From Callorhinchus milii (lineage: Eukaryota): a stretch of 64,000 bases of DNA. How positions within the stretch are numbered: position 1 is the stretch's first letter; each line of letters begins with the position of its first letter. The position numbers and the translations under genes were made by a program. Below, piece after piece: positions 38,036 through 51,489 of the stretch. Location of the stretch: the NCBI RefSeq assembly GCF_018977255.1, contig NW_024704742.1, positions 121,894,001 through 121,958,000 on the forward strand, read 5' to 3'. A model generated the notes under the pieces. That model did no database searches. It was given only the letters and a program-made list of their open reading frames with translations, and had not been told where the DNA came from.

Positions 38036-39899
38036 AATCTATTCACTGTTTTCTAATGCAGTGTGGCTTGTTGTGTTGGATTGATTGGATTGTCAAGACA
38101 TCCCGAAGGTCATTACATCTCTTGCGATTCAGTCAGAAAGAGATTTTACAGTGGCTTGCATTTACCTACAGTGGGACTTAATAGATAAGAAGATATTGAA
38201 GACCAGTTATGTAAGGATGGATGAAAGTATATTTTTATAGTAGATGAACACTATAGTAGATAGTCAGTATTTTCCATTACTAGCAGTAGGAATATGTATG
38301 TATACTGTATGGTGTATATTGCAGAGATATTAGACTCTGAACATTCATATATCCTATTAGACTTTCAGGGAGATCAGAAACTCATCTACATCCCAGGGAG
38401 ATTGCACACATACACACATAACCTCCTTGTCTTCCAGGAAGATCAAACATACTTATTTGCTTGACTATGGAACGGACACACAACTGCTTCTCTGCCAGAG
38501 AAATCGAACACAACAAACACTCAGTTGTCAATTCCTTCTACCTTGCACCTTACTATAGAAGTTAGTTGCCTTTGTGTGAGATGCAGTCAGAGCAATGTGA
38601 TGTCTATAAATAGCATGTAGCCCCGGTTGATACAATAATTTATTCAGTTCCCTGACTGAGTACAAAAAGGTTGAAATTGTAAGTGTGCCCACAATGTGGT
38701 ATTGTGTTGGGATCTATTTTTATAACAGAAATATGACAAACTATTAGTGTTTCATTCTACAGAATTTCATAAATATATAAGTATTACTGTATTTCAAACA
38801 TATATGAGCGAAACTGGGCAAAACAGAATGGGATTTAATTTGTTATGTTCCACGATTCTCATGCTGAATTTGTTCTGTTCAAATGATTCCCATCTATTCA
38901 CAATCTACAGCTGATTACCCCCTGACAACAGCAGATGTGCTGCTGCATTCTGCTCGGAGTGTTTTTTTTTACATACATCGTTCACCTTCTGGGACTTTGT
39001 CAGATGTGCAGCTGACTGGAATTCTCAACAGTTTTTATACTTCTTATTCTCCACATTCTGGACCCCAAACCATTCCCTTTCTTTCTGGATATAAAACAAT
39101 CACCAAGATGGTACAAAAGGTTAATGCATGTGAAAGGACAAGTCTATCCCATTCTAACCCCATGCCCTCAGCAGGAGGATTGAAATGAATATGTAGCCTT
39201 GACTATCTTGGGTCTCCACACTGTCTGTAAATAGCACTTCACTCATCAAATACTTTTGATGTGAATTCTTTTACAATTTTTTTTCAATGGGGTTAATTGA
39301 ACCATCATATGTTTCTGTCCTGGAGTTTTTTTTTGTTATTATGATGTAAGTATATCTCAAGACAAATCGCTTTGACCATGCTTTCGGTCACATTTCCTCT
39401 CCCCATCCCACTCAGTTCCCACCTCCATCTCAGATACAGTTTGTCGAGCACTTTGAGTCTTCATTCCGACTTGAAAGGCATTACATAAATATAAATTTGT
39501 ATTGCATTGTATTATTACATTAATTATAATGTTTCTATCAAGAAAAATAAATGAGATAAACACACGAGGAGACGGGAATAGAAGGATACGGGAGGGGGTA
39601 AGGAGTTGGTAAAGACTCATGTGGAATATAAACACTGCCATTTGGGCTGAATGGGCTGTTTCCGTGCTGTACAATCTATATAAATCGATCTATTTTCATT
39701 GATAAGCACTCCAAGACACCATCTCAAATGAAGAGTGCTATATAAATGAAAGTTGCAGTTTGTTGTTGTTTAAGGAAATTACAACAATCTTCTGTACAGC
39801 AGGTACTGTATTTCTGTATTTTTTAAAAAGCGGTCCATGAAGTCTTACTGAGGTCATGATAAGTAATTGCGATTTACAAGGTATTTGCTGGTACATGCA

Positions 39900-40042
39900 G
39901 AATATGGCTTCCTTGCTTGACTCCTGGCTCCGTGCCAGTCTTCTGTGCATAACCATTGAGGCGTTTCCAGAGCGTTCCTGGCCTTCTCCGGAGTCTCCTC
40001 AGAACTGGCCGGAGCCCGGAATTAGACAGGGAAGCCATATTC
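39900..40042. repeat. Long imperfect inverted repeat (hairpin)
   Basis: gaatatggcttccttgcttgactcctggctccgtgccagt pairs with actggccggagcccggaattagacagggaagccatattc. Confidence 0.85.
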
Positions 40043-40194
40043 CCTTTCCTAAATGCTTATTCCTTGCGGTTTTTCTGCTTACTTAGGCAGGTGTAACTGT
40101 TTCCTAATTAGGGAGTTGGGTTACTCCTTGCTCAAGCGCTCTGAGACGTTACCCTGTGTGTGGGACTACATAAATAAAAGTTGTTATTGGTGTC

Positions 40195-40385
40195 ACACAT
40201 TATATCGGGTAATGCCCTCTTTGAGGTCCTGGAATCGGTTTGCTGAGATCCCGATAGGCAACATCTGGAAGAGGTAGAAGAGGAAAGGCGGGAGGTTTAT
40301 TTTTATTGTGTCTTCCAAGCAGGAAAGGACAGGCCAAGCCGCTCCATGTGTTCTGTTTAGTTTCCAGATTTCCCTGAAGCTTTGC
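40195..40385 (-). mobile_element. L1-clade LINE RT C-terminal remnant
   Basis: TIKINLPPFLFYLFQMLPI resembles the fish L1 motif IKMNILPRFLYLFQxLP (recalled). Confidence 0.7.
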
Positions 40386-40389
40386 TGAA

Positions 40390-40404
40390 GCTGCCCTCTT
40401 GTGG
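40390..40404 (-). promoter_or_regulatory. Candidate CTCF motif
   Basis: Reverse strand CCACAAGAGGGCAGC vs consensus CCASYAGRKGGCRS (one mismatch); motif match only. Confidence 0.4.
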
Positions 40405-40543
40405 TAACTGTGTTACACACTTTTGACTTTCTTTTTTTCCTTCTCAATGCATCTTATAAATGAAAACTTCTATAATGCTGGGGGTTTCATGTGCACTTGG
40501 AATATATGAAATAGAAATTACCAGAGGAAGCTGTTAGAGGCGT

Positions 40544-40925
40544 GGAGTCCTGTAGCTCAGTGGTTGGAGCACTCGCCTCGCAAGCGAGAGACCTGGGTTT
40601 GATTCCCGATGGGGCGAAATGTTGGGCAAGTTTTCTTACTGCACATGTTTCTGTTTACCCACCAGTGAGTAAGTACCTGTTTGTTAGTCGATTGGCGGAT
40701 CGCTTTTCCGGGGATAATAATCCTTCCAAAAAGCAATAATAATTTGGTCATTCAATCCATGACTGTTTGTGAGAGACTGCTCTGTGCAATTGGCTGCTGC
40801 GTTTCGCCCACAAATATACAGTCAATTCACTCTACGATATATTTGTGAAGTGCTTTGAGATGTCTGGAAGACGTGAAAAGTGCTATATCAAATGCAAAGA
40901 TTATTATGATTATTATTATTATTAT
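40544..40925 (+). mobile_element. Full-length SINE, long-middle subfamily
   Basis: Anticodon arm CTCGC-CTCGCAA-GCGAG; extra middle segment ~40648-40713 absent from short copies. Confidence 0.93.
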
Positions 40926-41009
40926 CTCCCCCTGTCATACATGTGTACACACATACGGTTCTCAACATCAGTATTTGTGAATCACAACAGTAATATAACA
41001 ATTTTTGCA

Positions 41010-41302
41010 CTTGATTAATGATAAGCAGTGTGCTTTATCACGTCAATGAGACATCTCAAAGTGCTGCACATGATTTACTATAAAGTATAAATAACTGTAG
41101 GCAAATGTTGCAGCCATTTTGTGCAGAGCAATGTCCCACAACAATCATGAAGCGAATGAACAATTTCTTGCTATCTTTAACATCTACCTGAACAGGCAGA
41201 TGGGACCTCGGTTTAACATCACATTTGAAGAACGGCACCTTTGACAATGCAACACATCCCCCAGCACTCCCCCCAGGAGTGTTAGCCTGGACCATGAGCT
41301 CA
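41010..41302 (-). mobile_element. Old DeuSINE
   Basis: acctgaacaggcagatgggacctcggtttaacatcacatttgaagaacggcacc. Confidence 0.78.
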
Positions 41303-42099
41303 AAGGTAGAGTGCCCGAAATGTCGAATGTTTCAGTGTGCTTCACATTCTATTTACATGATACATATTTCTACCTAAAATTAAGATTTGTTTCATTGGTT
41401 TAAAGTATTTTGGCACATTTAGAGTCCTGGCAATGGAGTGCCTAGCATTATGAGGTCAAGCGACGTGATCCAGCAGTGAGCAGCTGAGACGGGAGTTCAG
41501 AGTGAGGTTCTTTGGCAGGGAAAAGCTCAGGGATAATGGGGATTTGATTAGCACTAAGGATTACATCTGGTGTTTTTGCTGGGCTCATTGCCTTGCAAGT
41601 GTATTTTCCATCATGGCATTTAGACTAAAGTAAATTCTGCATCATTGTTTTGCGTGTAGCTGCAGATCTTCAACCTCTTCTTGTTCCTCTAATGGACCAT
41701 CAATAAAAAGGACAGATTATTGGTGTAGAAAATATGTTGGCTAGTTCCCCAGTAATCTACTTACAATTTCAGTCATCATTACCTTGTTGCTGTCTAGCAT
41801 ACGCTAAGCACTAAAAATAGTTATCTTTACGTTTTGTCTTTATTGGACATTGCATAAAAAAATAATATCACTTCTTTTAACAATAAATATATATATTTCT
41901 TGGCATGCTACAGACAAAAGAACATGGACTTTTTGTCTTAATTCTGTAGTTTCTTGGGCTAAACTATTTCTGAACAGAAATTGGATATTCACACACACTG
42001 TCAAAGGAAAAGTTCAGAAATAATCTCAAAGTTCCTTTTCATTGACCAGTGGCAAATGTTTAATGACAACTTTTTTCACCAATTCCTGTAATTTTAATA

Positions 42100-42455
42100 T
42101 GTTAATAATAATCCTTGAAAGCTTTATAACACCTTCATGTTGTGAGTATAGTGACTGTGTCCATCAGCCAATTTGCACACAGCAATGTCCCACAAATATT
42201 TTTTGCATGAATCTGGGATTATTTGCCAGGACACTGGGAAAAATTTCCTTCTCTTTTCCTAACATCCACCTGAACAAGCAAATGGGACCTCAGTTGAATG
42301 TCTCTTCTGAGGAACAGCATCTCCAACAATGTAGCACTTACCCAACACTTTATTGAAGTGTCAGCCTAACCTACTAGTTCAAATTCCCGAAGTGGGGCTT
42401 GAACCCACATCCTTCTGATTTAAAGACAAGAGTACAACCAACTGAGTCAGGTTGA
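42100..42455 (-). mobile_element. Old DeuSINE
   Basis: ccaggacactggga; acatccacctgaacaagc; cttgaacccacatccttctga. Confidence 0.78.
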
Positions 42456-42844
42456 TATCTGGCTAATTACTAATTCTAGAAACGTTAATGTTTTGACTAT
42501 TCATGTGCTACAATATTTACCTAAAGGTGAGCTGGTAGTGCTGAAACAGGATTAAAGTCTTATTTTTTTGACTTATTCCCTGTATTTGCTTGCGTACTTT
42601 GAGTGAATCTCTTTCGACCAGCAAAGAATTATCAATCTTCTCAAGTGGATTCTATTACAGAACCCTAGCTGACTAGTTAAAGAGCATCATCGTATTGCAG
42701 AGAGCTTTCAGAATAAATGGACTGCACATAAAGGAGGACAACAGTCATGTTTTTATTTTTACCCTGATTGAATGTGATCAAACGAGAGAAAAACTAGTCT
42801 GGGATCAGTCTACCTAATTCAGTGTTGTAAATACTTAATGCTTC

Positions 42845-44141
42845 AGGAAACCATTTTGGTCAAAGTGACAAATGACATTCTGTCCATCTGCGACCAGGGC
42901 TTCCTCTGCCTCCTCGTCCTCCTTGACCTCTCTGCTGCTTTTGACACCATTGATCACTCCATCCTCTTCCTCAGCCTCTCCTCTCCTTCGTGGTTCTGTC
43001 CTTCAATGGTTCAGATCGTACCTCTTATACCGTCTCCACTTCATCTTCAAAAACGGTTTCTCCTCTAGCTCCCGCACCATATTACGCGGCGTTCCTCAGG
43101 GCTCTGTCCTTGGTCCCCTCCTCTTCAATATCTTTTTGCTCCTCCTTGGTGACATCATCCTCAGACATGGGGTCAACTTCCACATGTATGCGGATGACAC
43201 CCAACTCTATCTGTCTGCCTCCACCCTTGACTCCAGGACCACTGCTGTCCTGACAGAATGTCTGTCAGACATCAAGTCCTGGATGAGAGCTAACTTTCTT
43301 CAGTTGAATGTCAACAAGACTGCGGCTCTCCTGATTGGTTCCCGTCAGCGCCTCCTCACCTCAGGCGCTGACAGCATCACCATCCATGGTTGCACACTCC
43401 ACCTTGCTAAGCCAGTCCGGAAGCTTGCGGTCTTGTTTGACCCTCAACTATCCTTTCTACCCCACATCTGTGCCATGACCCGCTCTGCCTTCCCCCACCT
43501 CCGCAACATCGCTCGGCTCCGACAATGTCTCACACCACAGGCCACCGAAACCCTCATACATGCATTCATTACATCGGGGCTTGACTATGCGAACTCCCTG
43601 TTTGTCGGCCTCCCCAACTCCTCCCTCCACAGGCGGCAGATCATCCAGAACTCTGCAGCCCGTGACCTCTCCTGCAGTAGGCTCTGTGATCCTATTACCC
43701 CCATCCTCGCCTGACTCCACTGGCTTCCCATCACGCAAAGGATACAGTTCAAGATCCTGGTCCTCACCTTCAAAGCCCTCCATGCCCTCGCTCCCCCCTA
43801 CCTCTGCGAGCTCCTAACCCTCTACCAACCTACCCGCTCCCTCCACTCAGTGGGCTCTGGCCTGCTTCACTTCCCCCACGTTGCCCACCCCACCATTGGC
43901 AGTTGAGCCTTCAGTCACTCTGCCCCCACCCTCTGGAATTCCATCCCACAATCCCTCAGCCTTGCCGTCTCCCTTGTCTCCTACAAGATTCCCCTCTTTG
44001 ACTGTTCCTTCGATCACCATCCTTCCCCCCCTGCCCTCTACCCTACCCAATCACGACTCAGGTCCGAAACACTGTCTGTCCAGTGCCTTGGGACGTCCTC
44101 CTGACATGAAAGGCGCTTTACAATTGTAATTTTTTTGTTGT
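42845..44141 (+). mobile_element. L2 LINE, RT domain to 3' tail (5'-truncated)
   Basis: [49 protein letters not shown]; tail gggacgtcctcctgacatgaaaggcgctttacaattgtaattttttgttg. Confidence 0.95.
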
Positions 44142-44193
44142 TTCATTTACAAATCTAATTATCTATATGCAGTAACAAAGTGTTAAGCACATA

Positions 44194-44515
44194 GGAGTCC
44201 TGTAGCTCAGTGGTTAGAGCACTTGCTTTGCAAGCGAGAGACCTGTGTTCAATCCCAGGCAGGTCAGGGCGAAACCTTGGGCAAGTTTCCTTACTCCACA
44301 CACCTAATAATAATCCCTCCAAAACCAAAAAACAATAAGAAATTGGTCATTTTCAATCTACGACTGTTTGTGGGACATTGCTATGCGCAATTGGCTGCCG
44401 CGTTCGCCCACATATATACAGTCAATTCACTTTACAGTGTGTTCTGTGAAGCGCTTTGGGACGTCCTCCCGACGTGAAAAGCGCTATATTAAATGCAAGG
44501 ATTATTATTATTATT
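44194..44515 (+). mobile_element. Full-length young SINE
   Basis: Complete; atagg at both ends. Confidence 0.95.
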
Positions 44516-44871
44516 TTATTATAGGTCTAATTTATCACTTCAGTAGGTTTGAGCTTATCTCACGTTTCTGGGTGAGAGGAAGCAAGTCAGAATATCACCA
44601 AGCAAGCGACATAAAGGTAGGAATCTACCTAGTGCAGAGCAATGCTACATAGAGTAGAGTCCTGGAACGCATTGTTACCATACAACCTCACTCGTACCTT
44701 TCCCTACTCAAGTCCCTGCAGTCTGGTTTCTACCCTGCCCACAACACTGAGACAGCACAGATTTTTTTTTTAGCAACATCAACTATCGGAATGCTGTAAA
44801 GGTATATGATTTCCTAACTATGCCATTACATTGCAGAAAATATTGCTTTGAGCCATCTGATCTAATTTGTG

Positions 44872-45495
44872 TGTCAGCCTGGGTCAGTCAGCATTCTCAC
44901 CTCTGAGTCAGAAGATTGTGGATTCAAGTCCCAAGTTGGAACTTTGAACTCAGATAGCCTTGGCTGACACTCCAGTGCAAGGCTGAGGGTGGGCTAAATT
45001 GTCTGAGGTGCCATCTTTTGAATGAAATGTTAAACTGAGGTCCTTTCTGTTTGTTCAGGTGGATGTTAAAAATCCCATGACACTATTTGAAAAGAGAGTT
45101 TCTCTCAGTGTCCTGGCCAACAATCCTCCAAATAAAATTGGTCATTCACTTCATGGCTGTTTGTGGGACATTGCTGAGCACAAATTGGCTGCTGGGTTTG
45201 CCTACAAAAATAGTCATAATAATAATAATCCTTGTATTCGATATAGTGTTTTTCCCGTCTTCTAGACGTCTCAAACGCTTCATAGAATATGCTATAAAGT
45301 GAATTGACCGTATATTTGTGGGTGAAACGCGGCAGCCAATTGCGCACAGCAATGTCCCACAAACAGTCGTGGATTGAAAATGACCAATTTATTATTGGTA
45401 CAGTCACTACACCTTACAGTATGTCCTGTGAAGCACTTTGGGATGTGCTCTTCATATCAAAGACCCTGTATTAAATGTAATTATTGTTGTTATAA
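44872..45495 (+). mobile_element. Old full-length DeuSINE hosting a younger SINE
   Basis: gtcagcctgggtcag...ttcaggtggatgttaaaaatcccatgacactatttg... Confidence 0.82.
45218..45397 (-). mobile_element. SINE 3' half nested in a DeuSINE
   Basis: Flanked by tagtca / cagtca; host resumes at ~45399. Confidence 0.88.
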
Positions 45496-48454
45496 CTCCA
45501 CTCTCCTGCTCGTCCCCCCTTAATATCCTACTTTTTCAAGCGTCAATTGAATTTACGTTTTAAAGAATTTATGAACTCTGCCACAATGGTTTTTATTACA
45601 TGATGTTACATCGAAGACTACGGCATGGAAACAGGCCATTCAGCATAACTAATCCAGAAGCACTTTGAGACGTCTAGAAGACGTGAAAAGTGCTATACCA
45701 AATGTAAGGATTACTATTATTATTCATGTTTATACTCTGCACGAGCCTCCACCCCTTTTAATCCCCTCTACCATATTTATACATCTCCCATTGTTTGTGG
45801 CAGAGAATTTCACATTCCAACAGCGATCTGTATAAGATAAATGGTGTTATTTTGCAGGCAAATGTAGACAAACAGCCATGAAGTGAATGACTAATTTTAT
45901 CTGGGGGGATTGTTAGCCAGGAGACTGGGATAAACTCCCTTTTCTTATTGCATTAGCAATGATCTTACTTTCAATTTTGTTACAAAAAAAAGCAAACAAG
46001 CACCTCACTTCATTTTGGAGTTTTTAGGCTCAATTCAGTGTTAATGAATGATGTGGGATAACTTCTGTGAATCACCACAAGGTGATAGTATAAGCACAGT
46101 TAAGGTATCACACAGAATCAAAGGGTGGTTCACTATTGAATACAAATCGTTATGATCTTGTGATCACATTCTTCGAACCATTTCAATGTGATTTGGTGGA
46201 GCAAAAGGTGCTTCAGAAGGAATATTTCACATTGTACAAGCTTCCTTTGCTGTTGATAATTGCAAACAGTGCACAACATGAAGCAAATTAATTTGTACGT
46301 TTTAGTTGTACGTCAATGGTGTTTTTATTTGTGACCTTATTTTGTGCATCATCAGTGGTTGCTGATGTGAACAGTAATTGTTAGTGTGGTTCCTACCCTG
46401 ATGTGCAATCATAAGCAAACAATATTTTTTATTTGACTTTTCTAGTACCGTTTTTGTTAGCCTCCTCAACTCCACCATTCACAATCTCCATCTCACCCAA
46501 CAACAACAACTTGCATTTATATAGGATCCCTCATGCAGGCTAGCATCCCAGAGCACTTAGACCTTGGTCCACCTCGGTGCACCCAAACCTCGGACCCCGC
46601 ATCCTTACCAGCACAGGACTTTCACTCTCATCACCCCATTCTTGCTGTCTTTCTGTCAATTGATTTCAAGATCGATTTTAAGATCCTCAATTTCACTAGC
46701 AAATCTCTTTGCTCCCTTTTGCATCTCCCTACATCTGTGATATTCTTTAGCCTCACTCTCCTACTTGCCCCATTTCCTTAACAAACCCAGGCTTGCTGTG
46801 AGTTTCCTGACTCTTCCACCTAACCATTGCAATCAAGCATTTAGTTATTATTTCTCAATCTCTTTCCCTCACCCCCCCTCCCTAACAGTTTTAAAAAGCC
46901 ACCCAGAAACTAAATCTTCAATCTTGTCAACAATCTCCTCCTTCCTCCCCCACCTGCACTTCTCGGTGAAACTGTCTCTAAAATGCTCCGAGATTTTACT
47001 TTGCATGAAAAGACTAAGTAAATGCAAGTTGTTGCATTGCACATTTACTTATGGGTGGTGAGTTATAATATATTGATTTAGAAATAGCAGTTGCTTCATT
47101 CTGTCCCACTAAAGGGATTTTTTGATGGAATCTATAGTCCATCTGAGCATTTGTGGCGTTATCAACAGAATTTGGACTAACATACCCAGCCTTTGAAAGC
47201 ACTATCAGATTTTTTTTAGAAATTGTCATATTATTCCATAGTATTATTAGTATCCAGTGGTTATTCTTTATTTGTTATGTGTGTCATCGTTTTGATATTG
47301 CAGCTTAGTTTGATTAAAAGAATTAACAAGATGTGTAGTCTTGAATATTTGTCCTCTTTGGTGTATGAACAGCAGCAATTTACATTTTAATTGTGCTTCT
47401 CAACAGCAACAACACGCAAACAACTTACATTTAATAGATCCCTTTACATCTCTGAGCAGTTAACAATGACCAGGTTGGATGGCGTGCAAGGGGAAATGAA
47501 CATTGCTGCAGTTGAAGAGGGTTTAAAGACAGGTAGAGTGGGGTTAGAAGGAGGCAGTTTCAGACGTTAGGAGTAGGGGAACGTCTAAATATACGATTCA
47601 ACAAATTCAAACTCATATACTAAACCAAGAATTATAAAGGCATTTGTTTTCCCCCCTTTTACTTTTAAATGTCTTCCTTTTTAGATCTCAAGGAGCTTTG
47701 CCCTTGCACTTTCACACAAGAAATGCTCATTTGCCGATCACTTTGTGTTTCACTGTCAACTGCTGTTATGTGTAGGCAGCAGCAGCCACCAGAGGACAGT
47801 ATTTGCTGAATTATTGGGCTCTGCCTCTTTTGACACCAATAACTTCACAAAGGACGTAAGTAGATTGTGAGATGTTTTTGTATACTGAGGCAGAAAACTC
47901 TATTCATTACCACCAACCCAAATAGTGGTTCCCACCAAGCAAACAGTAAATGTTACTAAAGCATTTAGGGGCAACCGATGAATAGCGTAAAGAAAGAAAT
48001 GTACTGATGTGCAGAAATAATCCACTTGATCAGCGTTTATCTTGAACGTTGATAGAATAAACAAATTAGAGTTAAAGGCTTCCTGGTATGTAAAACTCTT
48101 GAAGGAGCACAGGTTCCCAATGCATCATTGCCTCCGGCCCTGTGGTAACACAAGGGATTTGCTCTAATCACCAGCCTATAAAATGTGTGATGATGTGAGG
48201 ATTAGAATTTGGTAACTTTGATGTGAAACGTGTGAGAAAGAGACTTCGGTCCACAGCGAATTGTAAGATCAACATATGTTTGGCAATTATTTTCTGTAAC
48301 GAGCAAAGCATCAAAAAAGAATTATACATCAGAGGGGCAGTGTGCTACAGAAAGAGCCTGCAATGGCATAGATTTTGCCATTTTACGTCTTTTAAAACAA
48401 CATGAATAAGCCTTTGTTGACAATCCAAGTCACCTCCCACTTCAATTTGAACTC

Positions 48455-49270
48455 GAGTTCAAGATCCTTGTCCTCATCTTTGAGGCCATCCATGGCCTTG
48501 CCCCCTCCTACCTCTCTGACCTGCTGACTCCCTTCCAACCTGCCTGCTCCCTCCGTTCATCGGGCTCCGGCCTGCTCCATGTCTCCCGCTCGACCCGCCC
48601 TACCATTGGTGGCTGGGCTTTCAGCCTCTCTGCCCCCACACTCTGCCCCCTTCACTTCGACCGTGCCTTTGGTCTCCCCCTTCTATTTCTCTGCCTTCCC
48701 TCACCCCTACACCACCCTTCCCCCATGCTCGGGCCCCGACACCTGACTGATCAGCGCTTTGGGACGTCCTCCCGACATGAAAGGCGCTCTATAAATGTAA
48801 TTTTGTTGTTGTTGTTTACAAACACCCTCCTCACCCGCCAGTCTCCCCAGCTCCACTATGCACAAAATCCGATTATTTCAAAACTCTACCGCTATATACT
48901 CACCCGCTCTAAACTCTATACCCCCATCACACCAGTCCTTGCCAGGCTCCTCAGGCTCCCTATCACAGAACGGATCGACTCCAAGATCATCAAACTTGTC
49001 TACAAATCGTTTCACGCCCCAGCACTTCCCTACCTCCCCGACTTGCTTATTGCCTAAGCCACCACCTGCCGCCTCCATAGGCTGGCTCCTGCATGTCCCT
49101 CATCCCCACCGTTCCACCATCGCCGGCCGTGCTTTCAGCCACTTGCCCTGAAACTCTGGAACTCTCTCCCTTAATCTGTCCGTGTTGCCCTCTCCTTCCC
49201 CATTTTCAGATCACACATTTCAGACCTTCCTCTTCGACCGTGCCCACCGGCACTTCTCCACTCTACCCCC
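48455..49270 (+). mobile_element. Two adjacent L2 3' fragments of different families (48455-48815 and ~48820-49270)
   Basis: First ends in aggcgctctataaatgtaattttgttgttgttg; second encodes ITPVLARLLRLPITERIDSKI and lacks a tail. Confidence 0.85.
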
Positions 49271-50679
49271 AGCTCAGAATGCCAGAATTGAGTCCACTCT
49301 CTGTGGCGGTCTTTATAGTCCAGTTCCTGAGCCAGGCAGGTCCGCAGGACACTAGGGTACTGCTGATGACAAAGCCAGCCTGGCCCATCGGCAGGATGCG
49401 GAAAGGCAGAGCAGTCATTGGTGACAGGGACACTTGCGACTCAGCTCCTGCTGCCCTGCAAGACAAAGCCAGACAGTGCTCTCAGTGACAAGCTATGTGG
49501 TTTTAGCTGGTTAGACTACAGCAGTACCCCAACACACACTCCCCAAGTCTTGGCTCTTGACTTCTATAATAAACATAACAAACAAAGTGGATCTACAATT
49601 GACGTATGGCTACAGTTGGTGGGGCCGGAGGAAGGGAATTCTGTTACTCATTTTAGTGCACTTGTTGAAGTAATGGCAACAAACATTTAAAAGTAAATTA
49701 CAAAGATAAGGTTGTATGATGGTCTTACGTGAAAATCAACTATATCCAGAAAATTAAACATACAAGTGACATCAGCAGTGACCTATTGATCTGGTAGGTG
49801 GATTTTTTTTTACCACAGGAAAAGAGCTTGTCATTGCTGGAAGCTGGGTGTCTGGCACTTCCTGTATAGTGCAGGATCTCAATGCAGCCATATTATAAGT
49901 AGACCTGTGCTAAACCAGGGTTTGTTTTGTCGGATTACCTTGCATTACCAGATTGCCAGACACTCAATACTGGAATTCCTCTCTGTCAGTGAGAGATCCT
50001 AGAAGACGTGAAAAGCGCTATAACAAATGCAAGGATTATTATTATTATCCTTGTCCCCTTAGCGGCTTTTAATACTTTCGCATTATAAGACAATTTCTTA
50101 TTTCTGAAATGTTGACTTCTCTTATGGCTACACAGCAACGTTTGCCATTTTTGTTAGCTTTTTTGCAAAACCTGCAACATTGTTGATGCATTGAATATGC
50201 ACTAACCAATGAGTACAGCAGGTACAATAACCTGTTTCAACTTGTAATCAAATAGCAGGGTACTTTCTAATTGGTTGAGTTTACACCTCTATAAATCTAT
50301 TGGCTATAATAATTCTTGAACTTGATAATAAACCTTGCATTTGATAAAGAGTCTAAACATGCCATCGATATGTCTCAATGCGCTTCACAGGATATTACTG
50401 TGGTGTAATAACTGTATTTGCAGGGGTATTTGTCGGAGTCAGGCTCCGCCATTGTTAAGCCCTCATAGACGCTGCCCTGCGTGGAGGGCGCTATATAAGT
50501 GCAAGTTATTGTTGTGAAGCCAGCAGCCAATTTTGCATACAAATAAATATAAATTATATAAATTGTATTACTTTTTAATTGTAGTATATTGCAAGAAGGA
50601 TTTAAGCAGACTTTGTTGGTCTGATCGATGAATAGTGTGCAGCTGCTGTTTTTGTTTGATTTGCACCGAAACAGCAGAA

Positions 50680-50930
50680 TAGGAGAAGATAGATACAGGG
50701 TGGCAAAGGGCAATTTCAGGACAGACAGCAGGAAGCATTTCTTTACCCAGTGCAGTAAATAACAATGGGAATAGGTTACCAGGAAGGACAGTTGAAGTCA
50801 AACACTGGACTCATTTAAAACGCAGTTTGGTGCTGTGATGGGAGAATGATTGGATGGGAATTCTGGAATGATGAGAACAAATTGGCCAAAGGGCCTTCTT
50901 CATCGGAATTTCTCTTGTGATCTTGTTATT
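50680..50930 (+). mobile_element. Old CR1 3' fragment
   Basis: aggaagcatttctttacccagtgcagtaaataacaatgggaatagg (RKHFFTQ...W); tail ggccaaagggccttc...cttgtgatcttg. Confidence 0.75.
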
Positions 50931-51178
50931 CCTACAACTATAACTGATGCTAATCTCTTAATAGCTTCATGTGAGTTTTGATAAGGCTGTGCAAATATCT
51001 TTAATATTTCAGAGTTTACCCATTGTTAACTAGTAGAAATAAATGATATTTATAAAGGGGGTTTGGCCTGTTGTATTAATGGGTGTGTGAACATTACAGT
51101 ATTTGCATTGAGATTAGATGATGTCAACCTTGTATATTTGTTACAAATCAGCTTCAACTCAACCTTCAAGTTTAGTGC

Positions 51179-51470
51179 TTAATAATAATCCTTACATTTG
51201 ACATAGCGCCTTTCATGTCAGGAGGACGTCCCAAAGTGCTTCACAGGATGTATTGTAAAGTTCAGTGACTTGTGTGTTTTGTGGGCGAACGTTGTAAACC
51301 AGATTCAATAATAAAAATCCTTGCATTTGATATAGCACTTTTCACATCTTTGAGATGTCCCAAAGCACTTCACAGAATATACTGTAAAGTGAATTGACTG
51401 TAATTTGTGGGCGAAACGTGGCAACCAATTGTGGACACCAATTGCGCACACCAATTGCACACAGCAAACG
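51179..51470 (-). mobile_element. Two tandem SINE 3' halves
   Basis: Tails at ~51180 and ~51308; second ends in triplicated ccaattg. Confidence 0.82.
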
Positions 51471-51489
51471 ATTCAACTGTTTGTAGATT

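Noticed and set aside
42872..43714. Active L2 reverse transcriptase
   Set aside because: 5'-truncated, frameshifted upstream, premature TGA at 43712-43714.
49263..49466. MTALPFRILPM resembles PDE4D7 PTSLPLKILPL
   Set aside because: Wrong strand relative to the PDE4D5 exon and no flanking similarity.
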